From the NCBI RefSeq assembly GCF_000150275.1, contig NW_002060944.1:313614-377613 (forward strand): DNA of 64,000 nucleotides, in the 5' to 3' direction. The DNA comes from Trichoplax adhaerens. Its lineage: Eukaryota; Animalia; Placozoa. Every line of letters begins with the position of its first letter. The first letter of the stretch is position 1. The notes beneath the pieces are model-generated. The model searched no databases. It was given only the letters and a program-made list of their open reading frames with translations, and had not been told where the DNA came from. Below are positions 11,801-24,300 of the stretch, piece after piece. The translations under genes were made by a program, and so were the position numbers.

Positions 11801-14075
11801 TCGACGGTATGAATATTTTTCTACATCCTGTAACATTAGTTTAATAAATCAGCATTCATTTTATTAAATACGTGTGCTCAAATACCGTTGAAGTTCTAGC
11901 CAGCAGAGCTACAAACTAACAGAAGAAGTATTACCCACTTTATTGTAAATATGCGTCCTAATAATCTTGAAACTGCATTGAGAACGTAAAAGTAGTTTAA
12001 GTTAATTGTTGCTTCATTACTATTTAAGCAATACCATGGAAAGTGTAGACCCTGTGGAAAAGTTACCAGTCTTTCAGCTGTAATTTATACGATTTTTTAT
12101 TTAAACACCTCTAAAACCTGTTACCAGCGTGAATATTGTTTTCAATTTTTTAACAACTCTTTCCGGAAATTTTAGTATTGATAGTATTGAAATTCTGGAT
12201 GAAAATTTACCAATTCCACTGTAATCGAATTATTTCCTAATTAACTATTTAATATCTTATCTTAGCGTAACTAGTATTTTGAAGGAAATTTTTCTTAAAT
12301 TCTAGTAAGGAAAATATGGAAATTCAAGACGAAAATTTGCCAATTCCGCTGTATTGAAGTTTTGCAAATTTATCGTGCTCAGTTACAAAATTTTGCTATT
12401 TATTGACATTTACGTATTTTTATTTAGAAATGAGGGGAATGAAACGTCTGTTATGAAATTGCTTGATCTGCTGTAAGTTTTCCATACTGATACATGGGAT
12501 TGTTAGAAAATACTCTCGGTAGATATGAACTTGGGTGATCAAACTCTGTACTTAAAATCAATTTAAATAAAAATATACTTCAGTTTTACAATTTACTAGA
12601 CTTAATACGTGAAATTATACGTATTTTTTATATAGAGACGAGGAAGGAGAAATTCCGGTAGATGTTTTACCTCTTCAGACGTGAGTTTTATAGCTAAAAT
12701 GATTTAAATTAAAACAAATTTTAATTTTTTAGTTAACTCTAGCATATTCTTAATTAGCGATGAGGGAAAGGAAACTTTGGCGGAGAATTTACCTATTCTG
12801 ACGTAAGTTTTTAGACTTAAAAATGAATTAAATTATTACATATTTAATTTTCGCAATTATGAAATTTCATGTAAGCTTTTGAATATTTTTATTTAGCGAT
12901 GAAAGAAAGGAAACTTCAGTAGAGGAATTAGCCGTTTTAATGTTTGTTTTATAGTTAAAACAATTTTAGCTAATCTAATTTGAATTTTATAATTTATTAA
13001 AATTTTATAAATAAATTTTTAAATATTTTACATAGAGAAGAGGAAAAGGAAGCTCCAGTAGAGAAATTTCCTGTTTTGGGGTGAGTTTTATAGTTAAAAA
13101 AGACTTAGGTAGGACCACCTTTAATTTTTAAAATTTGCTAAAGTTTATACGTATATTTTTATATCTTTCTATCTAGGAGCGAGGAAAAGGAGTGTCCAGT
13201 GGAAAAATTACTAGATATGACGTAAATCTTATAATTAAAATATTTAAATAAGAACATGTTTAGATTTTATAACGTATTAAATTTTATCATTAAACTATTG
13301 TACATATTTTAATCTAGCTATAAGGGAAAAGAAACTCCAAAAGAGAAATCACCTGTTTTGACGTGAATTTTATAGTCAAAATGATTTCAATTTAAACGTA
13401 TTTAAGCCTTGCAATTTACTAAATATACACGTAAACTTGTACATATTTTTATCTACGAGTGAGGGAAATGAAACTCCAGCTGAGAAATTACCGGTTCCGA
13501 CGTGAGTTAATTTATTAAAATATGTAGGATTTAAAGACACTGATGGCGCTAAGTTTGACTTAAGAAGTAAATTTTTTTAATTTTACCTTTCAGAAAGGAA
13601 AGCTTGGAACAACCAGATGAAAACCTAGCCAAACAGGCGTAATCCTTAATTACTGCTATCTTGAAATTAATTTTAGTTATCAAGGATATTAACATCCATA
13701 ACTTCTAATTAATTTTCTGTTTTTAATGCTTTTAAACCATAATTTAGCCATACTTTTGAAGAAAATACACAAGATGGCCGCATCAATAATGAAAATACAC
13801 AAGACAATATCGTTATTAATAACGACAATATGCAACATTGCCACATTAATAATAAAGATATACAAGATAGCCATCCTTATAAAGAAAATACTCAAGTATT
13901 GAACAGGGACGTCGCCATTCAACGGTTACTTACATAACAACTAGCAGCTTTTTGTTTTCGGCCATTGATTATGAGTGCTTATTGGCCTAATTCTATGTTT
14001 ATAAATATCTTATTTATTTTCTATGTAGCAGCGAAGAGCTTCCGAAATCAGAAAAAGACAAATTAGTTATTATTC
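8845..14075 (+). CDS. Array of ~31 symmetric phase-2 micro-exons (proximal part), acidic low-complexity peptide
   Basis: AG/GT-bounded stop-free units, approximate start(length): 8845(51), 9029(54), 9372(66), 9738(51), 9874(48), 10029(42), 10144(45), 10436(57), 10594(60), 10745(57), 10908(57), 11065(66), 11223(57), 11379(57), 11554(57), 11762(45), 11900(45), 12029(51), 12176, 12306, 12428, 12636, 12758, 12897, 13036, 13177, 13318 (all 45), 13460(42), 13594(45), 13748(177), 14028(48). Each reads 1 nt + n codons + 2 nt. Confidence 0.85.
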
Positions 14076-14133
14076 GGTAATTGAAATCATTTAACTAAAA
14101 TTATAGGATCGATGAAACGGTTGGAAATAAAGA

Positions 14134-15026
14134 NNNNNNNNNNNNNNNNNNNNNNNNNNNNNNNNNNNNNNNNNNNNNNNNNNNNNNNNNNNNNNNNNNN
14201 NNNNNNNNNNNNNNNNNNNNNNNNNNNNNNNNNNNNNNNNNNNNNNNNNNNNNNNNNNNNNNNNNNNNNNNNNNNNNNNNNNNNNNNNNNNNNNNNNNNN
14301 NNNNNNNNNNNNNNNNNNNNNNNNNNNNNNNNNNNNNNNNNNNNNNNNNNNNNNNNNNNNNNNNNNNNNNNNNNNNNNNNNNNNNNNNNNNNNNNNNNNN
14401 NNNNNNNNNNNNNNNNNNNNNNNNNNNNNNNNNNNNNNNNNNNNNNNNNNNNNNNNNNNNNNNNNNNNNNNNNNNNNNNNNNNNNNNNNNNNNNNNNNNN
14501 NNNNNNNNNNNNNNNNNNNNNNNNNNNNNNNNNNNNNNNNNNNNNNNNNNNNNNNNNNNNNNNNNNNNNNNNNNNNNNNNNNNNNNNNNNNNNNNNNNNN
14601 NNNNNNNNNNNNNNNNNNNNNNNNNNNNNNNNNNNNNNNNNNNNNNNNNNNNNNNNNNNNNNNNNNNNNNNNNNNNNNNNNNNNNNNNNNNNNNNNNNNN
14701 NNNNNNNNNNNNNNNNNNNNNNNNNNNNNNNNNNNNNNNNNNNNNNNNNNNNNNNNNNNNNNNNNNNNNNNNNNNNNNNNNNNNNNNNNNNNNNNNNNNN
14801 NNNNNNNNNNNNNNNNNNNNNNNNNNNNNNNNNNNNNNNNNNNNNNNNNNNNNNNNNNNNNNNNNNNNNNNNNNNNNNNNNNNNNNNNNNNNNNNNNNNN
14901 NNNNNNNNNNNNNNNNNNNNNNNNNNNNNNNNNNNNNNNNNNNNNNNNNNNNNNNNNNNNNNNNNNNNNNNNNNNNNNNNNNNNNNNNNNNNNNNNNNNN
15001 NNNNNNNNNNNNNNNNNNNNNNNNNN
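14134..15026. other. Assembly gap (893 N)
   Basis: Run of N. The equivalent sequence is present in the second copy at ~22557-23590. Confidence 1.
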
Positions 15027-18000
15027 CAATGGATTGGTAATCTATGTTATGTTATGGATTCTATTGAAACTTATATCGGTAGACTAATTGTATTGGCTAG
15101 TTTAGGAAATCCTTAATTCTGAATTGGTGCTCTTTTCGCTATCAAAAATTTTAACTAAGATTGATTATACCATACTGGCTTCTACAGTATTTTCTATGCC
15201 CGATGTTACGTTTTAGAACCAGAAATAGTTATATTCACTTTGTATATCACTCATCCATATACTTTGTCTAGCTTAAATCACATTTTCATAACTATTTTAC
15301 TCACTAATGTTTGCAAGATGTTCCCATGATCAAGGTTTAAGTATTGAATATATAGGGTTAAGCGTAAACACACTTGAAATATCGTAAGATTTTTATAACT
15401 ATTTCTCTTATGACTTAAATATTTAGTAACGAAAATGTTGTAAATGCTGATAAAGACATAGTTAATAATAAGTAAGTAAATGATATTAAATGGCTAGAAT
15501 TCATCTTTTGGTTGACATTATTAAAAATACAAGATTTCGCGTTTTGAATTTTATAAAATTATAGAGCAGAAAAAGGGCAAATTGTAAAAGAAGATTCGTC
15601 TGATATTGCGTAAATAGCGTTTTTAATTCTCGTAAACCTCAATATAATTTTTTAGTACGTTTCTCTTGTAATAAATCTAAGCTAATTCATTAATAGTAAC
15701 GTTGACACTCGCGAGAAGGTGGATAAAATTAGAGCAAAGAGGTAATTCGAACGTATAAAATATCGCGTAAGATGTAATTCTTTACATCAATAGTTGGATT
15801 AAAGTATGATAAATTTTAAAAGTAAAAGTTTGCTTATTTTAGTGAAGAAATCATGCAAGAGACTAAAGCTGATTCCTCGAATATTACGTATGACATATAC
15901 CAGTATTTATAAATTTCTTGTCAAGTTTGTAATTTCCTGCTTATATTACGATTCTACGAAATGTAAATTTTGTCGATAGAAATGCTCAAGTTAAGGATAT
16001 TCCAATTGAAGTTTATAGGTAATTTTCAAAGTATTGTGTTCGAACAAATAGATGGTTATATTACGGCTTCTGCGTTATCTCCTAGACATACAGGAGGAAT
16101 TGCATATTTAGTATGATAAATATGAATGGATATGATTTGCTTATTGTAAATTATAGAGACAGAGTCCAAATCAATATGGAAGCTGCAATTAAAATGGCGT
16201 AATTTATACATTTTATATTTATAAATTGCTGAGATAAAATAAAACTAATTCTTTACATAATTTATATTATAGAGAAGAAAGCTTCGAAAATACTGAGAAA
16301 AGTTCATCCAATATATCGTAAGCTATATTTTTACTCTCATAAACTGCTGCTATAAAAGATAAATTTTACTGTTTTGCATATTTTTCCTTGCAAGCTACTA
16401 TGATGAAATATAAATTTAAACGTTTATCATTTTAAATGTAGAGAAGAAAGTACCGTTAACATTAAGGGAAATTTATCTAATGTCATGTAATTCATGTTTT
16501 TATGCTTACAATATACGCCACTTTATATTTATGTAATGCTATGTTATAACATAGCATTACTTATAATCCGCTTTGCTTAAGTTCTAGCGATCGAAATATC
16601 CAAGTCTTGAACGATTAGCTTGGAGCCAATTAAAAATTTCAATCTTAATTGCCTATTAACTCCGAGCTTAACTTTAATTCTGACCAAATACAGAAATTAC
16701 GCAAACTAGAAATTAACATTTTTATAATTTATTATGTGCTAAAACAATTTTATTTTACACGGAGTAATCTTTTATGAACATAAGTGATAAATTTTAGTAC
16801 TAACTGCTAGGCTGCTTTTCAATTTAATAAGATAAAGCACATTTTTCTATTTATGTAATGTAGTAAAGAACCTGGGCAAAGCCCTGATTTCAATTTAGCC
16901 TCTACATCGTATGTTTATTTCCGCTAGATTGCTTTGATAACATTTTCGTTAAATTAGCTTCACCTTCTAGTAATTTCAATTTTTACAGTTCCAGTATTAA
17001 TAACCGAGAAATTTGCAATAAGGAGAAGCGGTAATGATGATGAAGTCAATTAATTAGCTTGTAAATTTGTTCGATTGCATTTATATAACTATTTTATCAA
17101 TTACATTATCGTAATTTCATTGTGGTAAACAATTTACATTAAAATTTTGAACAATTTCGAAACGGCTTCTAAATGATGTAAATATTTATAATTCAAAAGT
17201 CACTATGGGCTTAAATTTTCATAGCCGTATGTTAAAATTATTATCATACTTTCTTAAAAGCTGGTAAAAATCTATATAGATTGTTATTGATAGCCTAAAA
17301 AATAATCGACCCTGAGATTTTCTACCGTTATTTCAGTCCTGAACAATCTAATGATCATGACGCAAGCTATCAAAATCTTCAAGAATCGAGGTATGGAATA
17401 CTCTTACAATTTTATCTTACATTCTATAACTACTCAGCAGTATTAAAATTAAATTTTGACTTGAAAAGATATTATTAATTTTCAGTTCAGTAGAAGATTC
17501 TTGCTCGATAATTAAAAAATCACCTCGTTCGAAGTAAGAAATAGATAGCTGGCGGAATGTATCAAGATAATATATATTTATTGACATACTTTGCATACGT
17601 AATTTATTTTTTAAATGATGACATTATGGCTTTTAGAATTGCTAGGAATGGTATAGATTCAGTGGATGATTGTTTAGCTCAAGAGCGGTAAGACAGAATT
17701 TAGCTAGGAAATTACTATAACAATTACAGCTATGTACAATAGGTAGTATCGAATTTTGCAACGTGTAAACTAAAACCGCACTAACATCAATAATATCAGA
17801 ACTACGGAAAATATTGATTTAATAGAAGATCCTTTAGCCCGAAAGAAGTAAGGCATGCTCTGAATACTAAGATGTCAGATCATAAATCTACTACTAGTTA
17901 TAAGTATGTACTACAGATTGCAATATATTACGTAATTTATAATTGGTGCTGCTTATAGAGTTACGCAAGACATCAGTTTAACGGATAATTGCTCATTACA

Positions 18001-19439
18001 GGAGGAGTAAGTTTAAACTATGTCGAAATAACATCCAATTGTAAATCTTGGATAAGATTTTTTAAGAGAATTTTTTATTGTTTAAGCTTAAGTCATGTCC
18101 ATTATTTAGTATTGCAGAAATAAGTGTCAGCTTAGCTGATAAACAGTCTGCGCAAGGGAGGTAAGTCAAATAAGGTTCCAGAATATAATAAAGCTATAAT
18201 AAATTCTATTACCAAGGGTAGCTGCAAATAAACTGATATAAGGTCAACATTATCATTAGCTCAGAGCTGTGCAAGTTAATGTTGTTTTAGTTGATAATTA
18301 ATAATTAATCAGTCATGACAAGAAATATTTTTAAACAAATTTAAATCGTCATATGTCGGAATAGTTTTAATTATCTTAGGATAGGAGTTAATGGCCATTT
18401 ACCGTACAAAAATAAATTAGGGCACAATTTTTTATTTTAGAGCTACAGAAGAAGTTATCGACTTGGTAGATGATGGCTCACGTCATTGGTATGATATGAA
18501 ACTGTATTTTGCATTCACTGGTTTCATGGTTTTGCTTATAGAGAAGCTTACAACTATGCTGGTTATATATATATATCTGATGAATAATTCATTCTTTTTT
18601 TGTTAGTATCAGTTCTGGAGAAGAAGCTCTTAATTTACCACATGATAATTCGAGCTTACTATGGTACGACAAACTTGTGGTTGCGAGCAATTAATTTTTG
18701 TGGATAAATTATTTTTAATCGTGGGCACAAAGTATCTCTAATCATTCTTTCACTCTACAACAAAGCAATGATTAATCATTATACTGTATTATTAGTTTAC
18801 AATATGTAGAATAAAGCAAAATCTTCAATGACAATTTAAAAAAATTGCACTGTTGGATAAATCTGACTATTTCGTATTTTTAATTTTGTCTATTGCGATA
18901 GTTACTACGTATCCTATATAAGTTTTGCTTTACTACGCAAATAAAATTATGTTAATAAGATACAGCTAATTTTGCGCTTATAACTGCTAGTGATGAAAAC
19001 ACTCAACAGCTTCTTGACAATTCCATCAAGCAGATGTAAATATTTTCTTGTCATTATCATGAGCTGTATATTATAGATCAGGATGTATTTAGTCCTGTAC
19101 ATTTAAAATCCAATGTGAAATATTCTCTAGCAGGGAAAATTCTATAGTAATAACTATGCATATTCGTTGCGATTTTATTTGCTATTAAAGTGATAAAAAC
19201 AATCACACCAGGGAGAATGAGATCGGAAGTTGCGAAGAAAATTCTACATATCAATCGTAAGTGAGACGATCATCAAACGAACCTAGTAGTCTATGATGAG
19301 TGTTGCTTACTGAGCTAAGTGGTCAATGAACTGGTATAAAATGAAGTTTTATAGCGAGTAATAAATTTAAATTCCTTTTTCCTGCAGTTCAGGTTCTATT
19401 GAAGGAGGTAATGGTTATGTAGAGTCTGTCAACCGGTAA
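15027..19439 (+). CDS. Micro-exon array, distal part, copy A (~22 phase-2 exons plus a putative terminal exon 19388-19439)
   Basis: Same AG/GT, 3n, phase-2 pattern, e.g. NENVVNADKDIVNN, EEIMQETKADSSNI, TTENIDLIEDPLARK. Homologous to 23591-28141. Confidence 0.75.
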
Positions 19440-21318
19440 AGTTGAAAGAACCTTTAGCCGAATCTTCAAACTGCTTTGAAAGACCTGTTCATCTCTTGGA
19501 AACATTTGTTTTATCGTAGAATAAGTAAAATAGATATGGATGAGTCTGCACTTAGATTCATAATAACTTAGTAATCTTTTCGCTGTAGATTGGATTTGCA
19601 ATATCATTTTTTCCTTATTGTTATGATCTATTCTTAGTTGATACTTTGCTTTAAATTGCAATAGATATATTAAAACACTTATGATCAATAAGCTTAGATA
19701 GCTTTCAGTTTTATAAATTAAATTTGAACAAATGCCATTCTAATTCTGTATTAGTTTCATGCCGATTTCTACTATATTGATTATGTGATATTTTCCTTTG
19801 GAAATTGCGGTGTTGCTTGTAATTCGTAATTTTGATCAATAAATATAATTGGGTACGGAACATATATAGATTTCTCTATTTTCTTCTATTTAAATAAATT
19901 ATAAATCTTTCACTTGGGATATCTGAATGAATCTTTTCTTTTCCGTGTAAAATATTCATAAAAATAAGGTATGGGTTATTGCAATATCTTAAGTAATATA
20001 TATGACATAGAATTGAATCCGCTCGAATCTCTAAAATTTAGTAAGTAACAACACAGATAAAATAATAAATTCAAATTCTATCATAGTTCTTTGTACCTCG
20101 ATTTAATATATTGCTTCTGTACCGTAAATGGGATTATAGTAACCAGTCTAATATAAATTGTAGTAATTGAACACTTATACCGGTTTACTATATTTTAAAA
20201 ATAAAATTCTGTTTATTCTAATGCCGTCAAAAAGTTACGAGATAAATTAATTTTTAACTACTGTACGTAATTTGATCGACCTAAATTATTAAATTTTAAC
20301 GATTGAAAACGGCCGTGACTTGTACAGTTAGTCATTCCATAGTCTGTAATAGAGTAACAGAGGGATGTATATTACATAGCTTGGTGAGGATAGTGTATCA
20401 GTCGATACACAGATTTATAATTAATTAATTATATTATGAACTGCTGCTTGAGGGTGAAACTCTAATTTTATGATTGCCTACATAGAGATTAGTTCTCAGG
20501 CGCTTAACTTATATGAAAATAAAACTAAATTAGCTATAAAATATCCACATAGTCGATTTTACCATCAGGTCGCGATGCAGTGTGTAGCAAGTAAACATCT
20601 AATTGTACTTTTACTGCTATCGATTAAACCTTCCGCACGAAAATATTAAAATTTGAATGTATGGTTTCGTAGGATGTGTCTTCGTGAAGCCCGATTTTTG
20701 TATGATACCTATTCGTAAGTGCCGAAATATATAGTACTGTACGAGCACTTGCGTGATAATTTTTGGTAAAATCCCGGGAAACGCAAAAAAAGTTATCTCT
20801 AGTCATGAATCTATTTATCTAACGAAGTTATTCCAAAAGATTAAGCAGCGATAATAAGCAGCTCCATCATTCTCTAAAATCACAGTGGTATGATACATCT
20901 CATAACTGATGCCGCTATTTTAGAGTGTACGCGTAATTTAGAACTAAATGATGTCATCGTATTGATTTGAAATTGGGTATTGTCGTGTTCAGCTCACGAC
21001 AAGGAAATCTGGGTCTTTAAATCCGTATAAATACTAAGGCTATAACAGCCAAATGTGCCCCCAATGGGTTAAGAGTAGACTAGACTTATGCTTTTAAATT
21101 AGTTTATTAAATCAAGGTAGTCTTGACATCCAAGACTACTCTAACTACACGCGTATACTATACGGTCAATCGTCAACTAACTAGCTAATGAGAGCANNNN
21201 NNNNNNNNNNNNNNNNNNNNNNNNNNNNNNNNNNNNNNNNNNNNNNATGATTAATTATTACATATTTAATTTTCGCAATTATGAAATTTCATGTAAGCTT
21301 TTGAATATTTTTATTTAG

Positions 21319-24300
21319 CGATGAAAGAAAGGAAACTTCAGTAGAGGAATTAGCCGTTTTAATGTTTGTTTTATAGTTAAAACAATTTTAGCTAATCTAA
21401 TTTGAATTTTATAATTTATTAAAATTTTATAAATAAATTTTTAAATATTTTACATAGAGAAGAGGAAAAGGAAGCTCCAGTAGAGAAATTTCCTGTTTTG
21501 GGGTGAGTTTTATAGTTAAAAAAGACTTAGGTAGGACCACCTTTAATTTTTAAAATTTGCTAAAGTTTATACGTATATTTTTATATCTTTCTATCTAGGA
21601 GCGAGGAAAAGGAGTGTCCAGTGGAAAAATTACTAGATATGACGTAAATCTTATAATTAAAATATTTAAATAAGAACATGTTTAGATTTTATAACGTATT
21701 AAATTTTATCATTAAACTATTGTACATATTTTAATCTAGCTATAAGGGAAAAGAAACTCCAAAAGAGAAATCACCTGTTTTGACGTGAATTTTATAGTCA
21801 AAATGATTTCAATTTAAACGTATTTAAGCCTTGCAATTTACTAAATATACACGTAAACTTGTACATATTTTTATCTACGAGTGAGGGAAATGAAACTCCA
21901 GCTGAGAAATTACCGGTTCCGACGTGAGTTAATTTATTAAAATATGTAGGATTTAAAGACACTGATGGCGCTAAGTTTGACTTAAGAAGTAAATTTTTTT
22001 AATTTTACCTTTCAGAAAGGAAAGCTTGGAACAACCAGATGAAAACCTAGCCAAACAGGCGTAATCCTTAATTACTGCTATCTTGAAATTAATTTTAGTT
22101 ATCAAGGATATTAACATCCATAACTTCTAATTAATTTTCTGTTTTTAATGCTTTTAAACCATAATTTAGCCATACTTTTGAAGAAAATACACAAGATGGC
22201 CGCATCAATAATGAAAATACACAAGACAATATCGTTATTAATAACGACAATATGCAACATTGCCACATTAATAATAAAGATATACAAGATAGCCATCCTT
22301 ATAAAGAAAATACTCAAGTATTGAACAGGGACGTCGCCATTCAACGGTTACTTACATAACAACTAGCAGCTTTTTGTTTTCGGCCATTGATTATGAGTGC
22401 TTATTGGCCTAATTCTATGTTTATAAATATCTTATTTATTTTCTATGTAGCAGCGAAGAGCTTCCGAAATCAGAAAAAGACAAATTAGTTATTATTCGGT
22501 AATTGAAATCATTTAACTAAAATTATAGGATCGATGAAACGGTTTGGAAATAAAGATATTTCTTACCTTTTGGACTGTGCTACTTGCGTATAACTTTTAG
22601 GAAAGAAAATTATCAAACTTTGAAAATTAACGCTCTAGACTACTCGTAATACCTTCTTACGTTAACATAAAATATTTGCATTACTTTTGTTTAGTACCTT
22701 TAAAATACTTTTATCTGTAATCAAACCATAATGTTACCACCGTCAGAAATTCTAGTCATCCGTTTATAAGATCTATTATTATCTGCTCTTTAGAATCATA
22801 CTGCGATATTTTGCTTTAATGTGCATTCTTGCAACTTTACAGATTTGAATATTTAATGCTGACATATTCATTTCTTAAAAGTCGTAATTGTCCATAACTT
22901 TTGCTGCAGGAAAAATGGAGGGCATGATAAATTGATAGAAGATAGCTCAAATATTCGAAAGTAAAATCGTCACAAAATTTTGTTGGTTTAACTCGTTAAC
23001 AAATACGACTAGATTTTGTTTTTAATTTCAGTAATTGTGTGGAACTTGAAACTCAGAATGATAGTTCGGAACCTCAGAAGTAATTTGATATACGTTATCA
23101 ATTTAATTGCTTTAAAGTGCGCAATTTAACTTACACATATGTCAAATACTGTAGTGAAAGAAATTTGAACATTATTGACAAATCTGAACCCGTTATTGGG
23201 TAACTTGAACATATTTGGTATCCTTCATCCATTAACAGCTTTCAGAAATGTTGTTGCTTTTACTCGTATTTTACTTATATAGGCTCGTATCCGTTAATAA
23301 AGCGAATACCAATATACTTACTCCAAAGTAATTCATAAATTTCTCATATTGATATTAGAACGTAAATTATTTCACTCAGAAAAATTAATGAGTTTGTGAG
23401 TTAATTTTATTTACTCCTAAATTATTAGGCTAGAAAATGGTAACATTCCTGAAAGAAATTCATCTCCTCGGTAAATATTCATTGCTTTAGTATTTTGTAG
23501 AGATGATTATCGCTTTAAAGAATTTATGTGCTTTCTATAAACCTACAAGTTGCACTGAAGAAAGTGTTCCAATGGCCGAAGAAAATTCAGCAATGGATTG
23601 GTAATCTATGTTATGTTATGGATTCTATTGAAGCTTATATCGGTAGACTAATTGTATTGGCTAGATTAGGAAATCTTTAATTCTGAATTGGTGCTCTTTT
23701 CGCTCTCAAAAATTTTAACTAAGATTGATTATACTATACTGGCTTCTACAGTATTTCTTATGCCCGATGTTACGTTTTAGAACCAGAAATAGTTATAGTT
23801 ACTTTGTATAGCATTCATCCATATACTTTGTCTAGTTTAAATCACATTTTCATAACTATTTTACCCACTAATGTTTGCAAGTAGTTCCCATGATCAAGGT
23901 TTAAGTATTGAATATTCAGGGTTAAGCGTAAATACACTTGAAATATCGTAAGATTTTTATAACTATTTCCCTTATGACTCAAATATTTAGTAACGAAAAT
24001 GTTGTAAATGCTGATAAAGACATAGTTAATAATAAGTAAGTAAATGATATTAAATGGTTAGAATTCATCTTTTGGTTGACATTATTTAAAATACAACATT
24101 TCGCGTTTTAAATTTTATAAAATTGTAGAGCAGAAAAAGGGCAAATTGTAAAGGAAGATTCGTCTAATATTGCGTAAATAGTATTTTTGATTCTCGTAAA
24201 CCTCAATATAATTTTTTAGTATGTTTCTCCTGTAATAAATCTAAGCTAATTCATTAATAGTAACGTTAACACCCACGAGAAGGTGGATAAAATTAGGGCA

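Noticed and set aside
12428-13640. Regular ~140-bp periodicity resembling a CRISPR array or satellite
   Set aside because: Units are degenerate exon+intron duplicates with AG/GT boundaries; there is no invariant repeat, no cas genes, and the context is eukaryotic.
13689-13922. Hydrophobic 77-aa minus-strand ORF (also 22111-22344)
   Set aside because: Antisense shadow of the 177-nt repeat exon on the plus strand.
14091-15116. 312-aa and 334-aa ORFs in the track
   Set aside because: Artefacts of translating the N gap.
20624-21072. Possible piggyBac-like MITE (TTAA...CCCCCAATGGG-TTAA); similar ATGGGTTAA end near 50656-50664
   Set aside because: Left end does not form a convincing inverted repeat with the right end, and there is no empty site for comparison.
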